Notes: generated by a model from the sequence alone, not told the origin. A DNA stretch of 64,000 nt from Candidatus Planktophila sp. (GCA_040402275.1 JBBAMW010000002.1); one strand, 5' to 3'. Shown: positions 20,724 through 33,666, counted from the stretch's first letter. Translations and numbers: made by a program.

Positions 20724-20766
20724 CCCAGATGTAACAAAAAAGGGGTTTTTGTCACGCTCCTGAAAC
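20720..20766 (+). promoter_or_regulatory. GlnR-type boxes upstream of amt-PII-glnD
   Basis: GTAAC-N6-GTAAC (20720-20735) and GTCAC-N6-GAAAC (20751-20766) match gTnAc-N6-GaAAc. Confidence 0.75.
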
Positions 20767-20839
20767 CCTATGAGCGATATTTCGTAACTGCGCTGATAGA
20801 AGGTTTGGCCATCTCAAAGGCGAGAACACTTTTACCTTT

Positions 20840-22488
<1,649 letters not shown>

Positions 22489-22498
22489 ACTCACTCCT

Positions 22499-24775
22499 AT
22501 GAGTACCCGTGAGAGGAGAGAGCGATCGAACGAGAGCGATCGATTTCTCTCACAACTGTTTCATGATGCAGTGCACACCCATTGTGATTCAGATTCGGGC
22601 AAAGAGATAGCACTCGCCGCGGTCGGAGGTTATGGCCGCGGTGAGTTATCTCCCGGATCAGACTTAGATATCTTAATTTTGCACAATGGCAAAATCGGAC
22701 AAGAAAAGTTGAAAGCGATAGTCAATGATTTGTTATATCCAGTATGGGATAAAAACAGTGTTGATCACTCGGTGAGAACAAGAAGTGAAACCAGAGAAAC
22801 AGCGTCAACTGATTTACGTGTTGCGACGGGATTGCTAGATATTCGCTGGATCGCAGGTAATGCAGACTTAGTTGCTGCTGTGCAAGGAGACTCCATTGAG
22901 TACTGGCGTAAAGATGCCAAGCGCAACCTTCCAGAATTAGAAAAAACACTGTCCGAGCGACATGAACGTGCCGGTGAATTGGCATATTTACTTGAACCAG
23001 ATTTAAAAGAGGCGCGTGGAGGTCTTCGCGATATCCAAGCATTACGCGCTATTTCATTATCAGGTGCAGTTCAAGTTCCGCTTGAAAAGATCAGTTGGGC
23101 TGAATCAACTCTTAATAATGTTCGTGAAGCTCTACATACCGCAAGTGGTAGAGGTAAAGATCGTCTGCTTTTTCAGGAACAAGATAAAGTTGCAAAAATA
23201 CTTGATTACAAAGATGCAGACGCGATGATGGGCGATGTTGCAAGGGCAGCACGCTCTGTAGATTACTTGCTGGATTACACCTGGCATGCTTTAGAGCACA
23301 AAGGCAAAGACGGTTTAGGTCGAATCATTCGCAGACCACGTGTTGTTACGGTTGCAAAGAATGTCAGCGCTGCAAATCGCGAAATAGTAATTGACCCATT
23401 TACTTCCTTTGACGAGGATCCAGTTGTGGGCCTAAGAGCTGCTGCAACTGCAGCCCAACTTGGTTTGCCGTTGTCCTTAGATTCTTGTACCGAAATGTCT
23501 CTTGCACTAAATAATGGACACGGTGTTTTGCCCAATCCTTGGCCCCGTGAGGCACGCGAATTGTTGATAAGCCTGATTGGCGCGGGCGAAACGATGGTCG
23601 GAATATTTGAGACTTTGGATCAAGAAGAGATTATTTTTCATTGGATTCCTGAATGGAGAAGCGTGAGATCGCTCCCTCAACGAAATGCCCTGCATAGACA
23701 TACTGTTGATCGCCACATGGTCCAAACCGCTGTCCATGCCGGAGATTTAACTCGAAAAGTACACAGACCAGACTTACTTCTTTTCGCAGCGTTATTTCAT
23801 GACATTGGTAAAGGCACAGAGGAGGATCACTCTGAGCGTGGCGTACGTTTGATCGAACCCATTGCTCGTCGTGTGGGTTTTGAAGAGAAAGACATCGAAA
23901 CTTTAAAAGTTCTAGTCCAACACCACTTGCTGTTGTCATCGACTGCAACTCGTCGAGATTTAGATGATCCTGCAACAATCCAGTCTGTGGTGTCATTAAT
24001 CCCTGATGCCAACACATTAGAGCTATTGCATGCTTTGAGTATCGCTGATGGGGAAGCAACGGGAAGTGCTGGCTGGAGTGATTGGAAAGCAACATTGGTT
24101 GCAGAGTTAGTAAGCAGAGTTAGAAGAGCAATGGCTGGCTTTGAATTTGCGCAACAACCAATGCTAAGTGACGAGCAAATTGCACTAGCTGCACAAGGCG
24201 AGCTAAGAATTAGCCTTGAAGAGCATTCAAGTGGATATGCAGTTGAAGTTATTTCACCTGATAAACCAGGTTTACTTTCTATCGTAGCTGGGGTGTTTAA
24301 TATCTCTCGTCTAGATGTTAAATCTGCCCGCACAAAGACGCTTGGAAGTTCAGCGGTTATGTATTGGATAGTTACCCCCGAACCACATGCACCAGAAATT
24401 ACAGCAGATGCCCTGCACCAACTGATTTCTGAAGGATTAAAGGACTCAACAGATGTTGAAGAAAAGCTGACAGCCAGAGCCAAGGCATATGCATCTATTC
24501 CTACAATCCCGGTACCAGACCCTGAGGTTGAAATCTTCACTGATGCAGCAACTGATGCAACTATTATTGAAGTGCGAAGCCATGACAGGCCTGGACTACT
24601 TTTCAGAATCGGTGCTGCAATTACCCAATCAAAAATCGATATTCGATCAGCAATCGTTACTACCCTCGGGGCAGAAGCGATTGATACCTTGTATGTAACT
24701 GAGTTAACAGGTGGACCACTTACACCTGAGCGGGCTAGTGAGGTCGCTTCGCATCTGAAGCAGGCGTTGAAGTAG
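22499..24775 (+). CDS. glnD: PII uridylyl/adenylyltransferase
   Basis: GGYGRGELSPGSDLD, HD domain and two ACT domains. Confidence 0.94.
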   Translation: MSTRERRERSNESDRFLSQLFHDAVHTHCDSDSGKEIALAAVGGYGRGELSPGSDLDILILHNGKIGQEKLKAIVNDLLYPVWDKNSVDHSVRTRSETRETASTDLRVATGLLDIRWIAGNADLVAAVQGDSIEYWRKDAKRNLPELEKTLSERHERAGELAYLLEPDLKEARGGLRDIQALRAISLSGAVQVPLEKISWAESTLNNVREALHTASGRGKDRLLFQEQDKVAKILDYKDADAMMGDVARAARSVDYLLDYTWHALEHKGKDGLGRIIRRPRVVTVAKNVSAANREIVIDPFTSFDEDPVVGLRAAATAAQLGLPLSLDSCTEMSLALNNGHGVLPNPWPREARELLISLIGAGETMVGIFETLDQEEIIFHWIPEWRSVRSLPQRNALHRHTVDRHMVQTAVHAGDLTRKVHRPDLLLFAALFHDIGKGTEEDHSERGVRLIEPIARRVGFEEKDIETLKVLVQHHLLLSSTATRRDLDDPATIQSVVSLIPDANTLELLHALSIADGEATGSAGWSDWKATLVAELVSRVRRAMAGFEFAQQPMLSDEQIALAAQGELRISLEEHSSGYAVEVISPDKPGLLSIVAGVFNISRLDVKSARTKTLGSSAVMYWIVTPEPHAPEITADALHQLISEGLKDSTDVEEKLTARAKAYASIPTIPVPDPEVEIFTDAATDATIIEVRSHDRPGLLFRIGAAITQSKIDIRSAIVTTLGAEAIDTLYVTELTGGPLTPERASEVASHLKQALK

Positions 24776-24787
24776 TCTTACCGTCTT

Positions 24788-26221
24788 ATGTTTGAATCCC
24801 TAACATCCCGCTTTAGCGGAGCGTTCTCTTCGCTTCGCTCACGAGGAAAGATTTCATCCTCGGATATCGAAACTACCTGTGAGGAAATCCGCCAAGCGCT
24901 GCTGGAATCTGATGTTGCATTATCTGTTGTTGATGATTTTATTGCAGATATCCGCCAGAAGTCATTAGATGCCCTGCCAACATTGCAATCAGGCAGTAAT
25001 CAAGCAAATGCCATCTTTGAAATTGTTAACTCAAGTCTGATTGAAATACTTGGGGGACAGGCTCGAAGAGTTCGCTTTGCTAAAAATCCACCAACAGTGA
25101 TCATGCTTGCTGGTTTGCAAGGTGCTGGTAAAACTACTGTGGCTGGAAAGCTTGCAAAATTTTATGCAGATCAGGGAAACACACCCCTATTAGTCGCATC
25201 AGATTTACAACGCCCCAACGCTGTTACGCAGTTGCAGGTAGTCGGTGAATCAGTCAATGTTCCCGTATTTGCTCCAGAGGCAGGTAACGGCCAAGGCGAT
25301 CCCGTAAAGGTTGCAAAGGCTGGTATCGAGTTTGCAAAATCTAAGCAATACAACATGGTCATCGTCGACACCGCAGGTCGCTTAGGTGTTGATGAAGATT
25401 TAATGAAACAGGCATCTGATATTCGTGATGCTGTTAATCCAGATGAAATCTTGTTTGTTGTCGATGCGATGATGGGTCAAGACGCTGTCAGAACTTCCCA
25501 AGCGTTCTTAGATGGTGTTGGTTTTGATGGCGTAGTGCTAACAAAGCTCGATGGTGATGCCAGAGGCGGTGCGGCCCTTTCTATCGCTTCAATGACCAAG
25601 CGTCCGATCATGTTTGCATCAACAGGTGAGAAACTGCACGAGTTCGATATTTTCTATCCAGAGCGCATGGCCTCTCGAATATTGGGTCTAGGCGATGTTG
25701 CAACATTGGCAGAGCAGGCCAAGAAAGCTTTCGATACCGACACATCAGCAAAGTTAGAAGCAAAGTTTGTAAGTGGCGAAGATTTCACGTTAGAGGATTT
25801 TCTAGAGCAATTACAGGCGATGTCTAAGATGGGGAATATGTCCAAGATCCTTGGAATGTTGCCGGGTGCTGGTGCGATGAAAAAGCAGATTGAAAACTTT
25901 GATGAGGGCGAGATAGTTCGCACAAAGGCAATTGTTCAATCAATGACACCTGCAGAGCGCCGAGAACCAAAACTTCTCAATGGCTCGCGCCGTGCACGTA
26001 TCGCACTTGGTTCTGGCCGAAAGGTTTCAGATGTCAACAATCTGGTGGACCGATTCTCTGCGGCGCAAAAGATGATGAAGCAGGTTCGAAATGGTGGGAT
26101 GCCAGCTGGAATGCCCCCTGGCATGGGTATGCCTGCAATGCCGAAGATGAACCAGCCAATTAACAAGAAGAAGTCCAAATCAGGAAATCCAGCTAAGCGA
26201 GCGCTAGAACAGGGTCAATAA
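24788..26221 (+). CDS. ffh: Signal recognition particle protein
   Basis: GLQGAGKTT, DTAGR, TKLDGDARGG and Met-rich M domain. Confidence 0.96.
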   Translation: MFESLTSRFSGAFSSLRSRGKISSSDIETTCEEIRQALLESDVALSVVDDFIADIRQKSLDALPTLQSGSNQANAIFEIVNSSLIEILGGQARRVRFAKNPPTVIMLAGLQGAGKTTVAGKLAKFYADQGNTPLLVASDLQRPNAVTQLQVVGESVNVPVFAPEAGNGQGDPVKVAKAGIEFAKSKQYNMVIVDTAGRLGVDEDLMKQASDIRDAVNPDEILFVVDAMMGQDAVRTSQAFLDGVGFDGVVLTKLDGDARGGAALSIASMTKRPIMFASTGEKLHEFDIFYPERMASRILGLGDVATLAEQAKKAFDTDTSAKLEAKFVSGEDFTLEDFLEQLQAMSKMGNMSKILGMLPGAGAMKKQIENFDEGEIVRTKAIVQSMTPAERREPKLLNGSRRARIALGSGRKVSDVNNLVDRFSAAQKMMKQVRNGGMPAGMPPGMGMPAMPKMNQPINKKKSKSGNPAKRALEQGQ

Positions 26222-26266
26222 CCCCCGATTTCGCATCTGGCGCCTTGAATGGCAGAATTGGGAACC

Positions 26267-26344
26267 TGTTGAAGGGGCCCTCTACCCCCAGCAACATCCA
26301 CAATTCGATAGTCATATGAATTGATCGCGCACCCCGCTGCGATT
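26267..26344 (+). ncRNA. Candidate structured leader of the rpsP operon
   Basis: Three hairpins (TGTTG..GGGG-ccctcta-CCCC..CAACA; CAATTC/GAATTG; ATCGC/GCGAT) between a TGG-CAGAAT promoter-like site and the SD. Confidence 0.4.
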
Positions 26345-26381
26345 GATACGCATGGCACACAAATACAGGAGTACAAATTTC

Positions 26382-26942
26382 TTGGCTACAAAAATTCGTT
26401 TAATGCGCATGGGCAAAATCCGTACACCGTTTTTCCGTGTTGTTGTTACAGACGCACGTAAGGCACGTAACGGTCTTTCAATTGAAGAAATTGGTCGCTA
26501 CGTTCCAGGACAAGAGCCATCACTTATCGAGATCAACTCAGAGCGTGCTCTGTACTGGCTCGGCGTTGGTGCACAACCATCTGAAGCTGTAGAGGCTTTG
26601 CTGAAGGTGACTGGCGATTGGCAGAAGTTCAAGGGTCTTCCAGGAACTGAAGGAACTCTTCGAGTTGCAGCTCCTAAGCCATCAAAGGTTGTTGCTTATG
26701 AAGCAGCGATGAAGGCTGCTGCTAACGAGCCTGCAGAAGGTGCAACAACATTGAAGAAGAAGGCACAGGAGAAGCTTGCAGCTAAGTCAAACCCTGTTGT
26801 TGAAGAAGCTGTTGTTGAAACTCCAGTAGTTGAAGAAGTTCCAGCGGCTGAGGCTGTTGTTGCAGAGAGTGTTGAAGCAGTTGTTGAAACTCCAGCTGAA
26901 GCTGTTGTTGAAACTCCTACTGAAGAAGCGGCTGCAGAGTAA
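26382..26942 (+). CDS. rpsP: 30S ribosomal protein S16 with acidic low-complexity tail
   Basis: KIRL.RMGKIR.P..RVVV and YWLGVGAQP; TTG start after AGGAG. Confidence 0.95.
   Translation: MATKIRLMRMGKIRTPFFRVVVTDARKARNGLSIEEIGRYVPGQEPSLIEINSERALYWLGVGAQPSEAVEALLKVTGDWQKFKGLPGTEGTLRVAAPKPSKVVAYEAAMKAAANEPAEGATTLKKKAQEKLAAKSNPVVEEAVVETPVVEEVPAAEAVVAESVEAVVETPAEAVVETPTEEAAAE
26805..26918 (+). repeat. Coding repeats (EAVVETP x3) in the S16 tail
   Basis: GAAGC(T/A)GTTGTTGAAACTCC occurs three times. Confidence 0.7.
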
Positions 26943-26944
26943 CA

Positions 26945-27184
26945 ATGATGGATGAAGCCCTAGAGCATTTGGTCAAGGGAATCGTTGATAATCCCGATGA
27001 TGTTGTTGTCTCTGAAAAGAGCGGACGTCGCGGAACAACTTTAGAGGTTCGTGTTAACCCTGAAGATATCGGCAAGGTCATTGGTCGTAATGGTCGTACA
27101 GCAAAAGCACTTCGTACCGTTGTAAGTGCGCTCGCAGGACGCACAGTGCGCGTCGATCTCATCGAGACCGACGAAGCTCGATAA
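26945..27184 (+). CDS. khpA: KH-domain RNA-binding protein
   Basis: DIGKVIGRNGRTAKALR; rpsP operon position. Confidence 0.92.
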   Translation: MMDEALEHLVKGIVDNPDDVVVSEKSGRRGTTLEVRVNPEDIGKVIGRNGRTAKALRTVVSALAGRTVRVDLIETDEAR

Positions 27185-27186
27185 CA

Positions 27187-27687
27187 ATGCGCTTACTCGT
27201 GGGGCGAATTGGTCGCGCTCACGGAATTCTTGGAGAAGCGACGATAGAGGTTCGTACAGATGAACCTGATCGTCGCTTTGCCATTGGTGCCACAGTTCAG
27301 ACAGATTCCAATGGTGAATTAAAGGTCATCTCTGGTCGAGTCCATAACGGCATTTTATTGTTGGGCTTTGAAGGAATTACTGATCGCAATAGCATCGAGA
27401 AGTTTCGCAATACATTGCTCTATGCAGATGTTGATATCAATGAATCAAATGGTGACGATGAGTATCACGTAATGCAGCTAATTGGCTGTGCGGCAGTACT
27501 TGAATCTGGTGAAGCATTTGGTGAAATCACCGATGTGATTAATCTGCCAGGCCAGGATTTACTAGCGATTAAGACAGCACAAGGCGAACAATTAATTCCC
27601 TTTGTGCATCAACTCGTTCCTACGGTAGATATTGCAAACAAGAAAGTGGTGGTTATTCCGCCAACAATTACGGGGGAGATGGCATGA
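27187..27687 (+). CDS. rimM: Ribosome maturation factor RimM
   Basis: VGRIGRAHG..GE and LIPFV; synteny. Confidence 0.93.
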   Translation: MRLLVGRIGRAHGILGEATIEVRTDEPDRRFAIGATVQTDSNGELKVISGRVHNGILLLGFEGITDRNSIEKFRNTLLYADVDINESNGDDEYHVMQLIGCAAVLESGEAFGEITDVINLPGQDLLAIKTAQGEQLIPFVHQLVPTVDIANKKVVVIPPTITGEMA

Positions 27688-28352
27688 AAATTGATGCGGT
27701 AACAATTTTCCCTGACTACTTTGCACCACTGCAGCTTTCTTTACTGGGCAAGGCGCAGGAGCAAGGATTAGTTGAAGTCGGAATTCATGACCTGCGTTCT
27801 TTTTCAACGGACAATCACAACACCGTAGATGACACCCCTTATGGCGGCGGCGCAGGAATGGTTATGTTGCCAGAAATCTGGGGTAGTGCGTTAGATCAAT
27901 TAATGACCCCAGAAACAGATTTAATTATTTTGACACCAGCGGGTAAGCGTTTTGATCAACCAATGGCAGCAAAATTTTCACATTCACAGCATTTGGTCTT
28001 TGCATGTGGTCGATATGAAGGTATTGATGATCGAGTTCGCCAACACTATGAATCAAAGAACTATCGCGTACATGAAGTATCTATCGGTGATTATGTCTTA
28101 GGTGGCGGTGAAGTCGCATCGCTAGTGATGATCGAAGCAATCACCCGATTGATTCCTGGCGTGCTTGGAAATCCAGAATCATTGGCTGAAGAATCACACA
28201 ATGAAGAGGGGTACTTGGAGTATCCAAACTTCACTAAGCCTTCAACGTGGCGAGATATTGAAGTCCCAGCAATTCTGCTCAGCGGAAATCATGGGGAAAT
28301 TGCTAAATGGCGCGCAGCTCAAGCGCAAGAGCGTGCCAAGAAGAATCTCTAG
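27684..28352 (+). CDS. trmD: tRNA m1G37 methyltransferase
   Basis: DDTPYGGGAGMV, CGRYEGID and SIGDYVL.GGE. Confidence 0.96.
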   Translation: MKIDAVTIFPDYFAPLQLSLLGKAQEQGLVEVGIHDLRSFSTDNHNTVDDTPYGGGAGMVMLPEIWGSALDQLMTPETDLIILTPAGKRFDQPMAAKFSHSQHLVFACGRYEGIDDRVRQHYESKNYRVHEVSIGDYVLGGGEVASLVMIEAITRLIPGVLGNPESLAEESHNEEGYLEYPNFTKPSTWRDIEVPAILLSGNHGEIAKWRAAQAQERAKKNL

Positions 28353-28373
28353 GCTTGAAGTAGAGTTACGTCT

Positions 28374-29096
28374 ATGTGCAGATTGTTAGCCTTTTCATCC
28401 CTTGAACGTAAGAGTTTTTACGATGTCGTAGGCAATGAGTTCGACAAATTTGTCGCTATGTCATCAGAGCATAAAGATGGCTGGGGTTATGCTCATGATG
28501 GTCAGATTTTGAAAGATGTTAATCCTGCCCACGAATCTGATTCGCTAACCCAGGCAAAAACAGAGGTTCAAACCGATGGCGCACTTCTTCACTTGCGTCT
28601 TGCCTCTAAAGGAATCACAGTCAATATTGATAACAACCACCCATTTACCCATGGGACAACAACTTTTATGCACAACGGCACTATCCGACCTGGAAATACT
28701 GCGGAGCAGTTCATTGCTGATAAGTACAAGGGATTTCTTCAGGGGACGACCGACAGTGAGCGTTTCTTTTATGCCTTGCTTTCACATGTAGATGAGCATG
28801 GCTTGGTCAAAGGCGTGCGATCAATCGTTAATTTAATCCGTTCTAACGCTGACTACACCGCGCTCAACATCATGGTGCAAACACCAGACACCTTGATTGC
28901 TGTTTGCGAGTTTAATGATGCAAACAAATCTGAGTGGAGCGCTGAAGATCATTACGAGCTTCGCTTCACCAAGCGCGGTAGCGACATGATTGTTGCTTCA
29001 ACAGGGTGGGGAAACACCGATTGGGATCATCTGGATAACCATCAGATGCTTGTGGTTGATCGCTCGACTTTAGAGTATTCAATTTCTTCTCTATGA
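28374..29096 (+). CDS. Class II glutamine amidotransferase-like Ntn hydrolase (EgtC/YafJ-like)
   Basis: N-terminal MCR nucleophile, DGWG, H.R.AS, NNHPF, HNG and GTTDSE. Confidence 0.85.
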   Translation: MCRLLAFSSLERKSFYDVVGNEFDKFVAMSSEHKDGWGYAHDGQILKDVNPAHESDSLTQAKTEVQTDGALLHLRLASKGITVNIDNNHPFTHGTTTFMHNGTIRPGNTAEQFIADKYKGFLQGTTDSERFFYALLSHVDEHGLVKGVRSIVNLIRSNADYTALNIMVQTPDTLIAVCEFNDANKSEWSAEDHYELRFTKRGSDMIVASTGWGNTDWDHLDNHQMLVVDRSTLEYSISSL

Positions 29097-30514
29097 CCCG
29101 TACCTACACAGTCGAAACCTACGGCTGTCAGATGAATGTCCACGACTCCGAGAGAATCGCGGGGCTATTGGATGAGGCTGGTTACATTCCTGTTGTAGTT
29201 GGGGAACAAGCAGACATAGTTGTTTTCAATACCTGTGCTGTGCGTGAAAATGCGGATAACAAGTTGTACGGCAACCTCAGCTTCTTAGCTCCAATTAAGA
29301 AACTAAATCCAAATATGCAGATCGCGGTGGGTGGATGTCTTGCCCAAAAAGATCAGGCAACAATCATCAAAAAAGCACCTTACGTCGATGTTGTCTTTGG
29401 AACACACAATGTTGGCTCATTGCCGGTATTGCTAGAACGTGCGCGCATTGAGGAAGAATCACAGATCGAAATCCTTGAATCTTTAGAACACTTCCCATCA
29501 ACATTGCCTGCACGACGCCTTTCTGCTTTTTCATCATGGGTATCAGTATCTGTAGGATGTAATAACACCTGCACTTTTTGCATCGTTCCTACACTTCGTG
29601 GAATCGAAAAGGACCGCACAGCAGCAGACATTCTGACTGAAGTAAAAACCTTGGTTGATCAGGGAGTTATCGAGATAACTTTGCTGGGCCAAAACGTGAA
29701 TGCCTACGGTGTTGATTTTGGTGATCGCCAAGCATTTGCAAATTTATTGCGTGAATGCGGGAAAATTGAGGGATTAGAGCGCGTTCGCTTTATGTCCCCA
29801 CATCCCCGAGACTTTACAGATGATGTGATTGAAGCAATGGCCCAGACTCCCAATGTGATGCCTCATCTGCATATGCCTTTGCAATCTGGATCAGATCGAG
29901 TTTTGCAGCAGATGCGTCGCTCCTACAGATCAGATCGTTATCTAGGAATTTTAGATCGTGTGCGCACCGCTATTCCACACGCTGCCATAACAACTGACAT
30001 CATCGTCGGCTTTCCGGGCGAGACTGAAGAGGATTTCCAGGCAACCCTTGATGTTTGCTCAACTGCGCGATTTACCGCGGCATATACATATCAATACTCA
30101 AAGCGTCCCGGCACACCGGCAGCAACAATGCCTGATCAGATTACTGATGAGGTCGTTGCAGATCGCTACACCCGTCTTCACAATCATCAGCAGGCTATTT
30201 CATTGTCAGTTAATCAAGAAGCAATCGGAACACAGCATAAAATTTTGGTAGGGGATTACGAAGGACGTCGTGATGAAGCCCAATCTCGCTTAACGGGTCG
30301 CAGTGAAGATTTCCGATTGGTCCACTTTGACAATAAATTTGTTGCTCGCCCTGGTGATGAAGTGACAGTATCAATCACAGATGCATCAGCGCATTACTTG
30401 ATTGGCGATCCAATCGCTGTTAGACAGACACGAGGCGCTGAAGCCCATGCTGCTCGCATCGCACAACCTGCGCCTGCATCAACAATGCTTGGAATACCAA
30501 CGGTTAAACGATGA
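29093..30514 (+). CDS. miaB: tRNA-i6A37 methylthiotransferase
   Basis: GCQMN..DSE, NTCAVRE and radical-SAM CNNTCTFC; TRAM domain. Confidence 0.96.
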   Translation: MTRTYTVETYGCQMNVHDSERIAGLLDEAGYIPVVVGEQADIVVFNTCAVRENADNKLYGNLSFLAPIKKLNPNMQIAVGGCLAQKDQATIIKKAPYVDVVFGTHNVGSLPVLLERARIEEESQIEILESLEHFPSTLPARRLSAFSSWVSVSVGCNNTCTFCIVPTLRGIEKDRTAADILTEVKTLVDQGVIEITLLGQNVNAYGVDFGDRQAFANLLRECGKIEGLERVRFMSPHPRDFTDDVIEAMAQTPNVMPHLHMPLQSGSDRVLQQMRRSYRSDRYLGILDRVRTAIPHAAITTDIIVGFPGETEEDFQATLDVCSTARFTAAYTYQYSKRPGTPAATMPDQITDEVVADRYTRLHNHQQAISLSVNQEAIGTQHKILVGDYEGRRDEAQSRLTGRSEDFRLVHFDNKFVARPGDEVTVSITDASAHYLIGDPIAVRQTRGAEAHAARIAQPAPASTMLGIPTVKR

Positions 30515-31407
30515 AATTGATAGTCATCTGTGGCGCAACTGCCACGGGTAAGAGTGATTTGGCTGTAACTCTTGCTCAAGAAATTGATGCTGAGATTATT
30601 AACGCAGACTCAATGCAGTTGTACAAAGGCATGGACATCGGTACCGCCAAAATCACTATTGACGAGCGAAAAGGTATTGCTCATCACTTGATGGATCTAC
30701 TGGATGTTACTCAAGATGCAAATGTTGCTTGGTATCAAGAAACTGCGCGTGCGGCTATCACAGAAATTCATGGCCGTGGGAAAAATGTAATTGTTGTTGG
30801 TGGGACAGGTTTGTATATCAAAGCGATCTTAGATGAGCTTAACTTTCCGGACACAGATCCAGTTGTCCGCGCTGAATTAGAGTTGGAGTTTGTGACTAAA
30901 GGCATCGGCTCTCTGTTTGAACGATTGGAAAAATTAGATCCCGCTGCAGCACTTGCTATTGATAAGGCAAACTCTCGGCGAGTAATTCGTGCATTAGAGG
31001 TCATCAAAATTACTGGTCAGCCATTTACAGCGAATTTGCCTCGAGAAGAGAGTTCTCGTTACCCACACGCACAGCAGTTTGGTTTAGTAATGGATCGAGA
31101 CGCATTGTCTGAGCGAATTTCCAATCGTGTAGAACGAATGTGGGAAGAAGGATTAGTGGCAGAGGCTGAGAAGTTAATAGCCGCAGGAATTACCCAGGGA
31201 GTAACAGCTCAACGCGCGCTGGGATATGCCCAAGTAATTGCACAGATTGAGAGCAAGGTCACCGAAGAAGAAGCAAAGGAAGAGACTAAGCGGGCAACCA
31301 GACAATATGCCCGTCGACAAGAAACATGGTTCTCAAGAGATGCGCGTATTACTTGGATCTCTCCCACACAAAATGCACTCCAGCGCATACTTGAATCGAT
31401 AAACTAA
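30511..31407 (+). CDS. miaA: tRNA dimethylallyltransferase
   Basis: G.TATGKS, DSMQ.Y..MDIGTAK, GGTGLY and YARRQ.TWF. Confidence 0.96.
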   Translation: MKLIVICGATATGKSDLAVTLAQEIDAEIINADSMQLYKGMDIGTAKITIDERKGIAHHLMDLLDVTQDANVAWYQETARAAITEIHGRGKNVIVVGGTGLYIKAILDELNFPDTDPVVRAELELEFVTKGIGSLFERLEKLDPAAALAIDKANSRRVIRALEVIKITGQPFTANLPREESSRYPHAQQFGLVMDRDALSERISNRVERMWEEGLVAEAEKLIAAGITQGVTAQRALGYAQVIAQIESKVTEEEAKEETKRATRQYARRQETWFSRDARITWISPTQNALQRILESIN

Positions 31408-31412
31408 CGACA

Positions 31413-32210
31413 ATGATTGCAACATATGGGCACGGTACTGAAAATGACTTCGTCCTCATTTTTGATCCAAAGGATGAAAATTCGATAACAACTGCCCAAA
31501 CAGCGGCGATTTGCAACCGCGAAACTGGAGTAGGTGCTGACGGGTTGATCCGCATTATTAAGCGTGATGAAAAATGGTTTATGGACTATCGCAACGCAGA
31601 CGGCTCATTGGCTGAAATGTGCGGTAATGGCATTCGTGTAATGGCTAGGTATCTAGTTGAAAGAGGACATCAACCCGAAGGTATTTTTGCTATTAATACT
31701 CGGGATGGAATTAAGCATCTTCGTGTGCCGCTAACAGATGACATCTCAGTCAATATGGGTCAAGTAACTGATGAAGATGAAGCAATTACAGCAGCAACTA
31801 ACGGGCACATATGGAATGGTTACAACATCAGCGTTGGCAATCCTCATGCCGTTGTATTCGTTGATGATATGGCGGACATTGGAGCGCTAGATGTTGCTCC
31901 TATTGTGCGCCCACGCGATTCATACCCTGAAGGTGTGAACGTGGAATTTGTGAAGATTCTTGAAGGCAACACAATTGCAATGCGAGTATTTGAACGTGGA
32001 TCTGGTGAAACTCGTTCATGTGGTACTGGTACATGCGCTGTGGCTCTTGCAGCAACTGTGCATACAAAAGCGAAGCTTCCGGCAACATGGATTATTACGC
32101 CACCAGGTGGACGGCTAGAAGTTTCAATCGATGGACATTCCAATGCGACGCTCACTGGGCCTGCGCTTTTGATTCGTGATGTGGATATCTCGGGGTTTTT
32201 GGTTGAGTAA
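31413..32210 (+). CDS. dapF: Diaminopimelate epimerase
   Basis: ENDFV, NADGS.AEMCGNG, GNPH and ERG.GET.SCGTG. Confidence 0.94.
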   Translation: MIATYGHGTENDFVLIFDPKDENSITTAQTAAICNRETGVGADGLIRIIKRDEKWFMDYRNADGSLAEMCGNGIRVMARYLVERGHQPEGIFAINTRDGIKHLRVPLTDDISVNMGQVTDEDEAITAATNGHIWNGYNISVGNPHAVVFVDDMADIGALDVAPIVRPRDSYPEGVNVEFVKILEGNTIAMRVFERGSGETRSCGTGTCAVALAATVHTKAKLPATWIITPPGGRLEVSIDGHSNATLTGPALLIRDVDISGFLVE

Positions 32211-33666
32211 GGATTTCGATGACGAGTTCGAGTCATTGCTGCGTGAAAGCGCCCGAGTTGCTGCTGAATATGATGCTAGCGACGAAGATGAACATAGCGA
32301 CCAATCTCAAGAATTAGCGGAGCGTCATGCGCTGCGCCGTGTCAAAGGCTTTTCAACTGAGCTTCAAGATATTTCTGAAGCTGAATATCGCCAACTACAA
32401 CTTGAACGAGTTGTGTTAGTTGGTGTGTGGACCGAAGGAACAATTAAAGATGCTGAAAACTCACTAGCAGAGCTCAAAGCTTTAGCAGAGACGGCTGGTT
32501 CAGAAGTATTAGAGGGTTTAATTCAAAGACGAGATAAACCGGATCCTGCAACCTATATCGGTTCAGGAAAGGTTATAGAGCTAAAACAAGTTGTTATGTC
32601 TACGGGTGCTGACACAGTTGTTTGTGATGGAGAACTTTCTCCTTCACAACTTCGACAATTAGAAGATAAGTTGAAGGTTAAGGTTGTAGATCGCACCGCT
32701 TTGATTTTGGATATTTTTGCGCAGCACGCAAAGAGTAAAGAGGGTAAGGCTCAGGTTGAACTTGCCCAGATTGCATATCTATTGCCCCGTCTTCGAGGTT
32801 GGGGAGATTCGCTGTCTCGACAGGTAGGTGGTCGAGCAGCAGGTGGTGCTGGTATTGGTGGTCGTGGACCAGGTGAAACAAAGATCGAAACTGATAGACG
32901 TCGTATCAGAGACAAGATGGCAAAACTTCGTCGTGAAATTGCCGAGATGAAGGTGTCACGAGATACCAAGCGGCAAGAGCGTCGTCGATTTAATATCCCA
33001 TCAGTTGCGATCGCGGGCTATACCAATGCGGGTAAATCATCATTACTCAATAAGTTAACTAATGCAGGAGTTCTAGTAGAGGACGCACTTTTTGCGACTC
33101 TAGATCCGACTGTCCGTAAATCTGAAACAGCCGATGGTCGCGTTTACACATTGAGTGACACAGTTGGCTTTGTTCGCCATCTTCCACATCAATTGATTGA
33201 TGCCTTCAAGTCAACACTTGAAGAAGTGTCTGAAGCAGATCTCATCGTGCATGTCGTCGATGGATCACACCCTGATCCATTTGAGCAAATTCGAGCAGTC
33301 AGATTAGTCATCGATGAAATCGGTGGCAAAGAAATTCCCGAAATTATTGCAATCAATAAGGTAGATGTAGCTGATCCGGCAGTGATTATTGAAATTTTGC
33401 GCAAAGAACCCAACAGTTATGCATTTTCAGTGCGAACAGGGTTTGGAGTCGAAGGTTTATTACATGCAATTGAGGCCTCGCTGCCCAGACCTTCAATCGA
33501 GATTAATGTTGTAATTCCTTACGATCGAGGAGACTTGGTCCACGCAATTCATGAAAGTGGAGAAATCTTTTCAGAGCAGTACTTGCCTGAAGGAACTTCG
33601 ATTCACGCTCGCGTTAACGGGGGATTGGCTCAAAGAATCGAGAATTCCCACACAAGTGGGCAATAA
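32203..33666 (+). CDS. hflX: GTPase HflX
   Basis: RGPGETK.E.DRR, GYTNAGKSS, LFATLD, DTVGF and NKVD; likely TTG start overlapping the dapF stop. Confidence 0.95.
   Translation: MSKDFDDEFESLLRESARVAAEYDASDEDEHSDQSQELAERHALRRVKGFSTELQDISEAEYRQLQLERVVLVGVWTEGTIKDAENSLAELKALAETAGSEVLEGLIQRRDKPDPATYIGSGKVIELKQVVMSTGADTVVCDGELSPSQLRQLEDKLKVKVVDRTALILDIFAQHAKSKEGKAQVELAQIAYLLPRLRGWGDSLSRQVGGRAAGGAGIGGRGPGETKIETDRRRIRDKMAKLRREIAEMKVSRDTKRQERRRFNIPSVAIAGYTNAGKSSLLNKLTNAGVLVEDALFATLDPTVRKSETADGRVYTLSDTVGFVRHLPHQLIDAFKSTLEEVSEADLIVHVVDGSHPDPFEQIRAVRLVIDEIGGKEIPEIIAINKVDVADPAVIIEILRKEPNSYAFSVRTGFGVEGLLHAIEASLPRPSIEINVVIPYDRGDLVHAIHESGEIFSEQYLPEGTSIHARVNGGLAQRIENSHTSGQ

Noticed and set aside
23827-24540. 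237-aa antisense ORF in glnD, and many other antisense or alternate-frame ORFs
   Set aside because: They are shadows of well-supported genes, with no recognisable motifs or start signals
26805-26918. Repeats of about 22 nt with variable spacing, superficially CRISPR-like
   Set aside because: They are in-frame coding repeats in the S16 tail with irregular spacing and no cas operon
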